Assembly: GCA_963843145.1 (NCBI GenBank)
Contig: CAWJJC010000012.1
Span: 32,001 to 96,000, forward strand
Source of the DNA: an uncultured delta proteobacterium
GTDB taxonomy: Bacteria > Desulfobacterota > RBG-13-43-22
Direction of reading: 5' to 3'
DNA length: 64,000 nucleotides
In this document: one piece after another, positions 37,611-47,109 of the stretch
Layout: every line of letters begins with the position of its first letter
Position numbering within the stretch: position 1 is the first letter of the stretch
Notes under the pieces: model-generated
The model's input: the letters and a program-made list of their open reading frames with translations, nothing else
What the model was told of the DNA's origin: nothing
Database searches by the model: none
Made by a program: the position numbers and the translations under genes

Positions 37611-37702
37611 GATGATCCTCCTTGGTCTTTAACGGTTTTTTTGGTATCCTATCTTGAACCCGTTTTTTTTCTTTAACTGCCGAGAAGGAGATTGTAGTCC
37701 AG

Positions 37703-39806
37703 ATGACCCGAATTGTAAAGTCCGCCTGCGGAATGTGTCAGACCGGCTGTGGGATCCTGGTTCAATTGGAGGGAGCACAGTATCCAAAAGATCAGCGGAG
37801 ACCCCGACAGCCCTATCAATAAAGGACGTTTGTGCCCGAAGGGGGAGGCCTCCCTGGAATATCTTAATTCCCCCGGTCGGCTGAAAAAACCCCTGAAACG
37901 CTTAGGGCCAAGAGGCGGCGGTTCCTGGAGGGAAATTTCCTGGGATGAGGCCCTGGATACCGTAGCGGAGAACATCCTGAAAACCAAGGCCGCCTTCGGC
38001 CCGGAAGGGCTGGTCTTCATCCGTGGTTCTTTCAAGGGGGGGTATGAGGGGGCTCATCTGGCGCGGTTGGCCAATGTGCTGGGGGCGCCCAACGTGGCTT
38101 CCATGGCCCCGGTCTGCTATATCCCCAGGGTCAACGGCAATCAACTGACCTACGGGTTTGAGCCGGTGCCGGATTACGCCTTCCCGCCTGCCGCCATCCT
38201 GGTCTGGGGAGCCAATCTGGCGGAAACCCGGATCGGCGAACATCAACAGATGATGGAGGCGCTGGACCGAGGGGCCGAGTTAGTGGTGGTCGATCCCCGG
38301 CGGACCCCGCTGGCGGAGCGGGCCGCTGTCTGGCTGCAGCCCCGCCCAGGCTCCGATCTGGCTCTGGCCCTTTCCCTGATTCAGACGATCATTGAAGAGG
38401 GATGGATGGACCGGGCCTTTGTGGACCGCTGGTGTGCCGGCTTCGAAGAATTGAAGGCCCACAGCCTCCGTTTTTCTCCGGAAGCCATGGAGTCCGTAAC
38501 CTGGGTAAAACCGGATCGGGTCCGGGCGGCCGCCAAGTGCTATGCCACAGCCAAGCCCGCCATCCTGCAGGCCGGAAACGCCATCGATCACAGTCCCCAT
38601 AATGTGCAGACCGCCCGGGCCCTGGCCATTCTTCGGGCCCTGACCGGGAATTTGGGGATCCCGGGCGGGGAAGTGCCGGGTGTTTCCCCGGGAGTCCTGC
38701 CGATGGGGTCCCCGGTTTTTGATCTGCGGGAAAAACTCCCGGCGGAGATTCGGGACAAACGCCTGAACGCCCGGGACGGGCTCTTGCCGAATATTTTTTA
38801 TGCGCTGCCCCAGTCCATCGTCCGGGCGGTCCTGGAGGAAGACCCCTATCCGGTCCGCCTGGCCTATGTCCAGGGGTGCAACCCGCTGCTGACCTACCCC
38901 CAGGCGGGACGCGTCTTTCAGGCCCTGCAAAAACTGGATTTCCTGGCCGTAGCCGATTTTTTCCTGACGCCCACCGCCGCCCTGGCCGACGTAGTTCTGC
39001 CGGCGGCTTCCTATCTCGAAGTTGACGCCGTCATTGCCCCGCCCTATTACCCCGTGGTCCAGGTTCAGCAAAAAGTGGCCCAGGTGGGCGAATCCCGTTC
39101 AGACGCGGCCATTATCCGAGGGTTAGCCAAACGGTTGGGTCTGGGGGAGTTCTTTTGGGAATCCGATGAGGAGAGTCTGGACTTTATTTTGAAACCGGTC
39201 GGGCTCCTTTTCCAGGAGTTCCGGCAGCTCGGGGCGCTCAGCGGGCAGAGATCCTTCCGTCATTACGAAAAGCAGGGGTTCGCCACCCCTTCCGGGAAGG
39301 TGGAGCTTTTTTCAGGTAGATTGCAGGATTGGGGGTTTGACCCGCTGCCCGTTTATCGTCCGTTGCCGGAAACACCGGACGGGTCTCCGGAGCTGGCCGG
39401 GGAATATCCTCTGGTCCTCACCTCCTGGAAGGTGGGCGTTTTTCGTCATTCCGGGGGACGGCAGATCGATTCCCTGCGGCGATCCCATTCGGAAGCCGTG
39501 GTCTGGATGCATCCGGAAACGGCTGAAAAACTGGGAATTTCCGAGGGTGACCGAGCGGCGATCGAGACCCCCCGGGGCCGCATAGTCCAGCGGGCCGGAC
39601 TTACCGAAAAAATCCATCCCCGGGTCGTCGGGGTGGATTATGCCTGGTGGTATCCGGAGCGCGGGGTGGAATCCCTCTTTGACTGGGACCAGGCCAATGT
39701 CAACATCCTCACCGACGATCAGATCCCTTCCGCCAGCGAGATGGGCACTCCCCTGTTGAGAGGGTTCCTCTGCCGGGTTTACAAGGTGGAAGAAGAGCCT
39801 TCCTGA
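37703..39806 (+). CDS. Molybdopterin (bis-MGD) oxidoreductase, acetylene-hydratase-like (frameshift near 37776)
   Basis: True N-terminus MTRIVKSACGMCQTGCG from ATG 37703 joins NKGRLCPKG; ISWDEALD, ADVVLPAA, TPSGKVEL, WMHPETAEKLGI. Confidence 0.88.
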
Positions 39807-40822
39807 CCCAGACCGTATTCCCGGGCGGCCTCGATCATGGCCCGGATATTCTCCTCCGGCGTCCCTGGGGGAACGCTGCATCCGCTCATGAGAATGAATC
39901 GTTCGGTCCCGGCCTGCCGGAGACAATTCCAGGTATCTTCCTTAACCGTTTGGGTGGATCCCAAAAGAAGGGAATTCACCGGGTCGACGTTTCCCCCCAG
40001 CGTCATTCTCGGACTGTCCGCCCGGGCCGTCTTCAGATCCATGCATTGATCCAGGCTCAGTACCTCGGCTCCGGTTTGGGACATGGCCCTCAACAGGGAT
40101 GAAGTGTCTCCGCAGATATGAAGGATACAGGGCAAGTCGATATTCCGCATGATTCGCTGGAGGCGGGGAAGGACCCACTCCTCAAATAACCGGGGGGCAA
40201 TCATGGAAGCCGAAGCGGTGGGCTCGGGGATCAGCAAAAAGCGGGCCCCCTGATCCCTGAGGGCCTGAGCAAAAAGCAAAAGGAACTCCGTGACCCGATC
40301 CAGTAGGCGGTTTAGAACCGGTCGGTTTCTATAGAGCATCCGCATAATCCGATCGGTTTCGAACAGGCGGCAGGTGGAAGTCAGGGGCCCTTCAAACAGT
40401 CCGATAAAGGGGACCCGATCCTGGCCATATTCCGCCAGCAGGCGGGCAGTCTGAAGGATTTGCGGCAGTCTCCCGGAGTTTTGCGGATCCGGGAAGGCCA
40501 GGCCGTCGACCTGTTCAATCGTTTCGAGGGGGATTTGCAGCGGTTGGGCTAACGGGCCGGATTTGGTAAAATGAACCGGACAACCGAAGGCCTCGGGAAT
40601 ATGAAGGGGATCCAGATGCCCGAAGAGCCCGTCGAAGCCGAGCGTTTCCTGGGCTTTGATCTGCACTTCCGCAATCCGCTGGGGATCCCGGTAAATTTGG
40701 GTCGGCGGGTCTTTTGAATATTGGGCTGCAACCCAACCGGCGAGGAAAGGCAGTACCGGAACATGGTCTAACGGCCGGGTATGGAGGGCGTCGCCCATTC
40801 GATTGGAGGCGGAGTAAGGCAT
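39779..40822 (-). CDS. UroD/MtaA-CmuA-family protein (possible methylcobamide methyltransferase)
   Basis: EAFGC, GPLT, ILHICG, GNVDPV and ILMSGCSVP (HxC...C zinc site). Confidence 0.82.
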   Translation of the reverse strand: MPYSASNRMGDALHTRPLDHVPVLPFLAGWVAAQYSKDPPTQIYRDPQRIAEVQIKAQETLGFDGLFGHLDPLHIPEAFGCPVHFTKSGPLAQPLQIPLETIEQVDGLAFPDPQNSGRLPQILQTARLLAEYGQDRVPFIGLFEGPLTSTCRLFETDRIMRMLYRNRPVLNRLLDRVTEFLLLFAQALRDQGARFLLIPEPTASASMIAPRLFEEWVLPRLQRIMRNIDLPCILHICGDTSSLLRAMSQTGAEVLSLDQCMDLKTARADSPRMTLGGNVDPVNSLLLGSTQTVKEDTWNCLRQAGTERFILMSGCSVPPGTPEENIRAMIEAAREYGLGQEGSSSTL

Positions 40823-40909
40823 CTTTGGAAAAAAGAAAACTATTCCACGGGCTTTCTTTTAAAGTTAAAAAAGCGGCCGAGTTTCAAGTGAGGGGAGGAG
40901 CAGCCGGAA

Positions 40910-41173
40910 TTATTTTTTAACCGGCGGCCTCTTCTTCTTCATCGGTGTGTTGCAGCACACCAAGTCCATGGTGGCGCAGCCGCAATCGTCCACTACGGAA
41001 ACCACCAGCCCACAGGCTTGGCAACCATATTTGGCCCCTTTGCGGGTAGCGGCTTTCTTAGCGGGTTTGACGACCTTTACGGTTTTGACCGGTTTCGCGG
41101 CTTTAGCAGGTGCCGCTTTCTTGGCTGGGGCTTTGAGGGCTTTCTTGGTTGGGGCTTTCTTGGCAACGGCCAT
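40910..41173 (-). CDS. Histone-H1-like K/A/P-rich protein with C-terminal Cys-rich metal-binding domain
   Basis: AKKAPTKKA repeats followed by YGCQACG...CGC...VCCNTPM; AGGAGG RBS. Confidence 0.75.
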   Translation of the reverse strand: MAVAKKAPTKKALKAPAKKAAPAKAAKPVKTVKVVKPAKKAATRKGAKYGCQACGLVVSVVDDCGCATMDLVCCNTPMKKKRPPVKK

Positions 41174-41321
41174 GGTTTCTACCTCCTGATAAAGTTTTTT
41201 TGGTTTCGGTCCGGGCGGTAATACCGAAGGGACCGGCCTATTTTTATAAGATTAAATAGGAACCCCGGGTTTTGTCAATTAGAAAGTTGAAAATAGAAGA
41301 CGAAGCCTATAAAATAATTGA

Positions 41322-42858
41322 ATGAAAACCCAACCCCTATTAGTTACCGGGTCAACCGGTTATGTGGGCGGCCGGCTGGTGCCTCAACTGCTGCAGGCGG
41401 GGTACCGGGTGCGGGCGCTGGGGCGTTCCCTTTCCAAACTGAAAGGACGTCCCTGGGGCAACCATCCTCTGGTGGAGTTGGCCCCCGGCGACGTGTTGGA
41501 CCGGGCTTCCCTGGTGGAGGCTTGCCGCGGTTGCTGGGCGGCGTTCTACCTGGTCCACTCCATGATCGCCGACCCCAAAGGCTACACCGAGACCGACCGG
41601 ACAGCCGCTCAGAATATGGTGGAGGCGGCGTCCGCCACCGGTCTGAACCGGATCATCTATCTGGGAGGCTTGGGCGGGAAGGACGATCCCCATCTGAGCG
41701 AACATTTACGTTCCCGCTACGAAGTGGCCCGCATCCTGCAATCCGGCCCGGTCCCGGCCACCTTTCTCCGGGCGGCCATGATCCTGGGCGCCGGAAGCGT
41801 TTCCTTTGAAATTCTCCGCTACCTGGTGGAGCGGTTGCCCATTATGATTACCCCGCGCTGGGTAGACACCCGGGTTCAGCCCATCGGCATTCGGAATGTC
41901 CTCAATTACCTGCAGGGCTGTCTGGAGCATGAGGAGGTCCTGGGACAGACCTTTGATATCGGGGGTCCGGAAGTGATCAGCTACCGCCGGCTGTTTCAAA
42001 TCTACGCCGAAGAGGCCGGCCTGCGAAAGCGGATTATCCTTCCGCTTCCTTTTTTTACGCCCAGCGTGAGTTCCTACTGGATCCATCTGATTACACCGGT
42101 TCCTTCTTCCATCGCCCGGCCCCTGGCCGAAGGCCTGCGCAATGCCGTCACCTGCCATGACAACCGCATCCGCGAGATTATCCCCCAGGAGCTGTTGGAT
42201 TGTCGTCAGACCATCCGTCTGGCCCTGCAGCGGATTCAGCAGGAGCGGGTCGACACCTGCTGGATGGATGCCAGTGCGGCCATTACCCAGGAATGGATTT
42301 ATTGCGGGGACACGCCTTATGCCGGGGGGACGACCCTGGAGCTGGGATACGCCATTCAGATTCAGGCTTCGCCGGAAGAGGTCTGGAAACCGTTGGAAAA
42401 AATCGGCGGGAAAACCGGCTGGTATTTTGGAACCGGACTCTGGAAAATCCGGGGCTGGTTCGACCGATTCACCGGCGGGATCGGATTCCGGGCCGGACGA
42501 CGCCATCCCTCGGAATTGCGGCCCGGGGATGCCCTGGACTTCTGGCGGGTGCTGGAGGCCGTTCCGGGGGAACGCCTGCTGCTCCTGGCGGAAATGAAGG
42601 TCCCGGGGCAAGCCCTGTTGGAATTCAAGATCAAGCCCCTGGCCCATGGGGTTACCGAACTGCAGCAGGTGGCCCGTTTCCTGCCCAAGGGGCTGGGTGG
42701 GATCCTCTACTGGTACAGTCTTTGACCCCTTTCATCGCCTGCTGTATCCCCGGATGCTGAAGGCCATCGCCCGCTCCATCTCCCGGCCCATAGTTCAAGG
42801 GCCCGAACGGGTGGCGGGCCGGAAAAATATCCCACCCGGGAAGCACCGTGAGAACTAG
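41322..42858 (+). CDS. NAD(P)-binding SDR-like + DUF2867 protein (YbjT-like; frameshift near 42721)
   Basis: TGSTGYVGG, YLVHSM, IGGKTGWY, DFWRV, AEMKVPG. Confidence 0.85.
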
Positions 42859-42863
42859 CGCCT

Positions 42864-44214
42864 ATGCATCCGGAACGTTTTCGTCTTCTTAAAGAGGGCC
42901 CGACTGGAAAAGGACCGGTTATTTATTGGATGAGCCGCGACCAGCGGACCCGGGACAACTGGGCGCTGCTTTATGCCCAGGATCTGGCCGTTCGGGCCAA
43001 GGCCCCTCTGATCGTGGTCTTTTGCCTGGTTCCGGAATTTCTGGGGGCGGTCCGGCGTTCCTATGTCTTTATGCTGGAGGGATTGCGGGGGGTGGAAAGC
43101 GACCTGCTAAAGCAGCGGATAGCTTTTCACCTGCTCCAGGGAAGCCCGGAGGAGGTGCTGCCGCGGTTTATCCGGAAGGTCCGGGCCGATTCCCTGGTTA
43201 CGGATTTTGATCCGCTGCAAATAAAGCGCCTGTGGAAGTCAAAAGTTGCCCGGACCATTGAGATTCCTTTTTACGAGGTGGACACCCACAATATCGTTCC
43301 CTGCTGGTACGCCTCCCCCAAACAGGAATACGGGGCCTATACCCTGAGGCCCAAGATCCAGCGGGTTCTGTCCGAATTCCTCGACGACTTTCCCCGTTTG
43401 AAAAAACATCCTTTTTTCTCGAAAGAAGCACCGCCGGAAACCGACTGGCCCCGGGTGATGAAAACCCTGACAACGGATCCCGCGGTCACTCCGGTGAACG
43501 ACTTCCGTTCCGGTGAAAAGGCCGCCCGCCGGACTTTGAAGGCCTTCATCGAAAGCAGGTTAACCTCCTATGATAGCCACCGCAACGATCCCCTGAAAAA
43601 CGGGCAGTCCGGCCTTTCGCCTTACCTTCATTTCGGCCAGATTGCCGCCCAGCGGGTTGCCTTGCAGGTCACGGGTTCGGCCGGTCCGACTGAGGCCCGA
43701 AAAGCGTTTCTGGAGGAATTAATTGTGCGGAAGCGAATTGTCGGATAATTTCTGTTTCTACAACCCGCTCTATGACCGCGTGGATGGCTTCCCCGCCTGG
43801 GCCCGGACCACCCTGGACCGGCACCGACGGGACCCGCGGGAGTATCTGTACACTATGGAGCAATTCGAGCAGGCCCGGACCCACGACGACTTATGGAACG
43901 CGGCCCAGCGGGAAATGGTCCAGACCGGCAAGATGCACGGTTATCTGCGCATGTACTGGGCCAAGAAGATCCTGGAATGGACGCCCTCACCGGAGGAAGC
44001 CCTGAAAATCGCCATCACCCTCAATGACCGCTACGAGCTGGACGGCCGCGACCCCAACGGCTACACCGGAATCGCCTGGAGCCTCGGCGGGGTCCACGAT
44101 CGCCCCTGGGGTGAACGCCCGATTTTCGGAAAAATTCGTTATATGAGTTCCAACGGTTGCAAATCCAAGTTTGACGTGAAAGGGTATATCCAAAAGCAAT
44201 CCATCGACCAATAG
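42864..44214 (+). CDS. phr: Class II CPD photolyase (frameshift near 43734)
   Basis: [59 protein letters not shown]. Confidence 0.92.
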
Positions 44215-44223
44215 CGAGGTTAA

Positions 44224-45181
44224 ATGGGGATGGGATCAAAAATTAAAATAGGAATCAGTTCTTGTCTGTTGGGCAATGCCGTCCGCTACGACGGCGGTCA
44301 CAAGGGGGACCGATTTTTGACCGATACCCTGGGCCGGTACGTGGATTTTGTTGCCGTCTGCCCGGAGGTGGAAGTCGGGTTAGGTATACCCCGGGAAGCC
44401 ATGCGGCTGGTGGGGGATTTGAACCATCCGCGCTTACTGACCATTCGCAGCCGGATCGACCATACGGAACGGATGACGGACTGGGCTAAAAAACGGGTGA
44501 AGGAACTGGAGAGAGGAAGATTTGTGCGGGTTCATCTTTAAGAGCGATTCCCCCAGCAGCGGCCTGGAACGGGTGAAGGTTTACGATCGAAAGGGGATTC
44601 CGGTAAAAAAGGGGGTGGGTCTCTTCGCCCAAGTGTTTATGGACCATTTTCCCCTGTTGCCGGTGGAAGACGAAGGGCGCCTCCATGATCCCCTGCTGCG
44701 GGAAAATTTTATCGAGAGTATTTTTATCTGGAAGCGTTGGCGGGAGATGGGCGAGCAAAACAGAGGCAAGGGCGGATTGGTCGATTTTCACAGCCGTCAC
44801 AAACTGCTGATCATGGCCCACAGCCCCAAGCACTATCAGACCCTGGGGCAATTGGTGGCCCAAGGCCAGGGGCTTTCGCTGGACGATTTGCTTCTTCGAT
44901 ACCAGCAAACCCTTTCCTCGGCCTTAAGGCAAAAAACTACGAACAAGAAAAACGCCAACGTGCTGCAACATATTTTGGGATATTTTAAAAAGGATCTTGC
45001 TCCGGATGAAAAGCGGGAGGCGCTGGAAGGGATCGAGAATTACGTGCGGGGGGTCGTGCCCCTGATCGTCCCGGTTACGCTGATGAATCATTATGTCCGC
45101 AAATATCAGCAGCCGTATTTAAAAGACCAATATTATTTGAATCCCCATCCCCTGGAATTGCAGTTACGAAATCATGCCTGA
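44224..45181 (+). CDS. YbgA-like DUF523+DUF1722 protein (frameshift near 44513)
   Basis: GISSCLLG.VRYDGGHK, CPEV, KSDSPS, EDEGRL, FHSRHKL, YLNPHP. Confidence 0.88.
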
Positions 45182-45203
45182 GACCGGGGGGGAGCGAAAA
45201 AAT

Positions 45204-45693
45204 TCAGACCTGAAACTCCAGAACTTCCTGAAATCGGGACACCACGATATAGTTCGTCTATTTTTATTTTGATCAAGGCGCTGTCCGGGGCATCGACAAA
45301 AGCCGAGAGGTGAGGGTGTTTGGCCAGGAAAAGCTTCCTGAACGAAGGCCTTTCTTCCGGGGAGACTTCCTGGGCTGTACCCAGAGCCGAAACCGAAAAG
45401 GCCTCCTGAAAATCAACGGCCCTGTTGGACCGGTTGTCCATCAGCAGGGAAACCCGGCCGTCAGCCATCAGGTTATGATATTTACGGGTTTTTTGGAAGG
45501 TTGTTAGCACCAAGGTCGTCAAGTCCGGTGTGGCGGCGAAGGCCATCAGGCTCAGGTAGGGGCGCTGAACCTCGGCAGTGGCCAATACCGCCAAACCCTG
45601 CCGGGCGAATAATTCCCGGACCTGGTTTTTGGAGTTGAGGACCCTTGCCTGAAGATTGTCGTCCGACACGGCTTTATCCCTCTTGTTCATCAA
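45204..45693 (-). CDS. Pyridoxamine 5'-phosphate oxidase-like FMN-binding protein (frameshift near 45251)
   Basis: LAVLAT..PYLSLMAF..TRKYHNL..VSLLMDNR; the corrected C-terminus reads YIVVSRFQEVLEFQV*. Confidence 0.78.
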
Positions 45694-45741
45694 TTGTTAG
45701 GGATAAATTCTCAGATTGAAATGTATAGGCACCTGGCGGGG

Positions 45742-45776
45742 TTGAGCAGAAGCGGGGACGCCCCGCTTCTGCTCAA
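45742..45776. repeat. Perfect 16-bp hairpin
   Basis: TTGAGCAGAAGCGGGG-ACG-CCCCGCTTCTGCTCAA. Confidence 0.8.
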
Positions 45777-45992
45777 TACTGCTTATCCCATTTGTTGGCA
45801 GGAGGGTTGAAACCGGCAAGGTCTTCCGGCGGCGGTCCGATTCCCCCTCAATTAAAAAGGTCGATCTGCTTTAGGCCCCAGGCAAACTATCCATTCGATG
45901 CGGGCTTCGGAGGAAGATGCGGCTTTGGGAGCTTTAAACCCCTTTGCCCGTGGGCTTAGCTTAGGCCGATTAAGCGAAAAATGATAAACGTG

Positions 45993-46301
45993 TTATTTCT
46001 TTTTTGGCGGAACGACGGCGTCCTTGAAAGCTTTGGCCATGCGCATTTTAATAACGGTCTTGGCCGGAATTTTGATGGGTTCGCCGGTTTGAGGATTCCG
46101 ACCGGTACGGGCTTTGCGTTTGGAAAGAACGAGTTTGCCGATGCCGTGAAGCGTAAACGCCCCGGTTTTCTTGGTTTCAGTGACAGCCAGGCTGGCCAAT
46201 TCATCCATGACGGCATTGGCCGTGCTTTTGGTTAATTGAAATTTTTCGGCGAAATAAGTCACCGCTTGCGCCTTGGTCATGGGTTTTTTGGGGGTCGCCA
46301 T
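45993..46301 (-). CDS. hup: HU-family DNA-binding protein
   Basis: RKARTGRNPQTGEPIKIPAK motif. Confidence 0.93.
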   Translation of the reverse strand: MATPKKPMTKAQAVTYFAEKFQLTKSTANAVMDELASLAVTETKKTGAFTLHGIGKLVLSKRKARTGRNPQTGEPIKIPAKTVIKMRMAKAFKDAVVPPKKK

Positions 46302-46443
46302 ACTTTTTTCCTCCTTTAATGGGATTTAGGTATTAAATAGTTGAATTTTATAATGGGAAAAGCCGGTTCGGTCAAGAAAAAAATAGAACGCGGGCAGGAA
46401 AAATGATTTTACTTCAACCGATAAACTCGAAGATAATAGCTGA

Positions 46444-47109
46444 ATGACCGCGAATTCGGATTTGGAAGAGCAACCCGTCACCGGCATTCTCTTGATGGCG
46501 GGTTTGGCGAGCCGCCTGGGTTTTCCCAAGGCCCTGCTGCCTTATGGGCGGAAGGTTCTGATAGAGCAGGTTTTAGAGCAGACCCTGGCGTCCCGATTGG
46601 ACCGGGTGATCCTGGTCCTGGGCTGTCAGGCGCCTAGGATCCTTTCGGCCCTTCGATCTTTTGCGAGGACCCCCAGGCTGGAAATCGTGGTCAACCAGCG
46701 GTACGACCGGGGTTTAAGCAGCTCTATCCGGGCCGGGTTGCGGGTTTTGGACCCTTCTTCCCGCGGGGTGATGTTTATTCTCGGGGACCAGCCCCTTTTG
46801 AGAACCGCAACCATTGATCGTCTAATTCAAGCCTTCAGGAGGAACCAGCTTCCTATCGTGGTTCCGCTTTATGGCGGGCGGCCTGGAAACCCGGTCATTT
46901 TTGGGCGGGCATTGCTTCCCGAGCTGCAACGCCTGCGCGGCGACACCGGCGGCCGGGAAATTATCAGGAAAAATCCGGATCGGGTTCTGACCGTCCCGAT
47001 ACGGCCCCAATATATCGGCTGGGATGTGGACACCTGGGAGGATTATGCTCGGACCCGGAAGTTTTTTTCTCCCAGCAATGAAAAACCGATTTTCAGAGGT
47101 GACTCCTGA
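46444..47109 (+). CDS. mocA: MocA-like molybdenum cofactor cytidylyltransferase
   Basis: LMAGLASRLG.PKALL, LGDQP, GNPV, GDTGGR, DVDT. Confidence 0.8.
   Translation: MTANSDLEEQPVTGILLMAGLASRLGFPKALLPYGRKVLIEQVLEQTLASRLDRVILVLGCQAPRILSALRSFARTPRLEIVVNQRYDRGLSSSIRAGLRVLDPSSRGVMFILGDQPLLRTATIDRLIQAFRRNQLPIVVPLYGGRPGNPVIFGRALLPELQRLRGDTGGREIIRKNPDRVLTVPIRPQYIGWDVDTWEDYARTRKFFSPSNEKPIFRGDS

Noticed and set aside
45860-45970. c-di-GMP-I riboswitch-like words (GGCAAA, GGCCTAA)
   Set aside because: Spacing and the GNRA/receptor architecture do not fit; kept only as an unassigned structured region.
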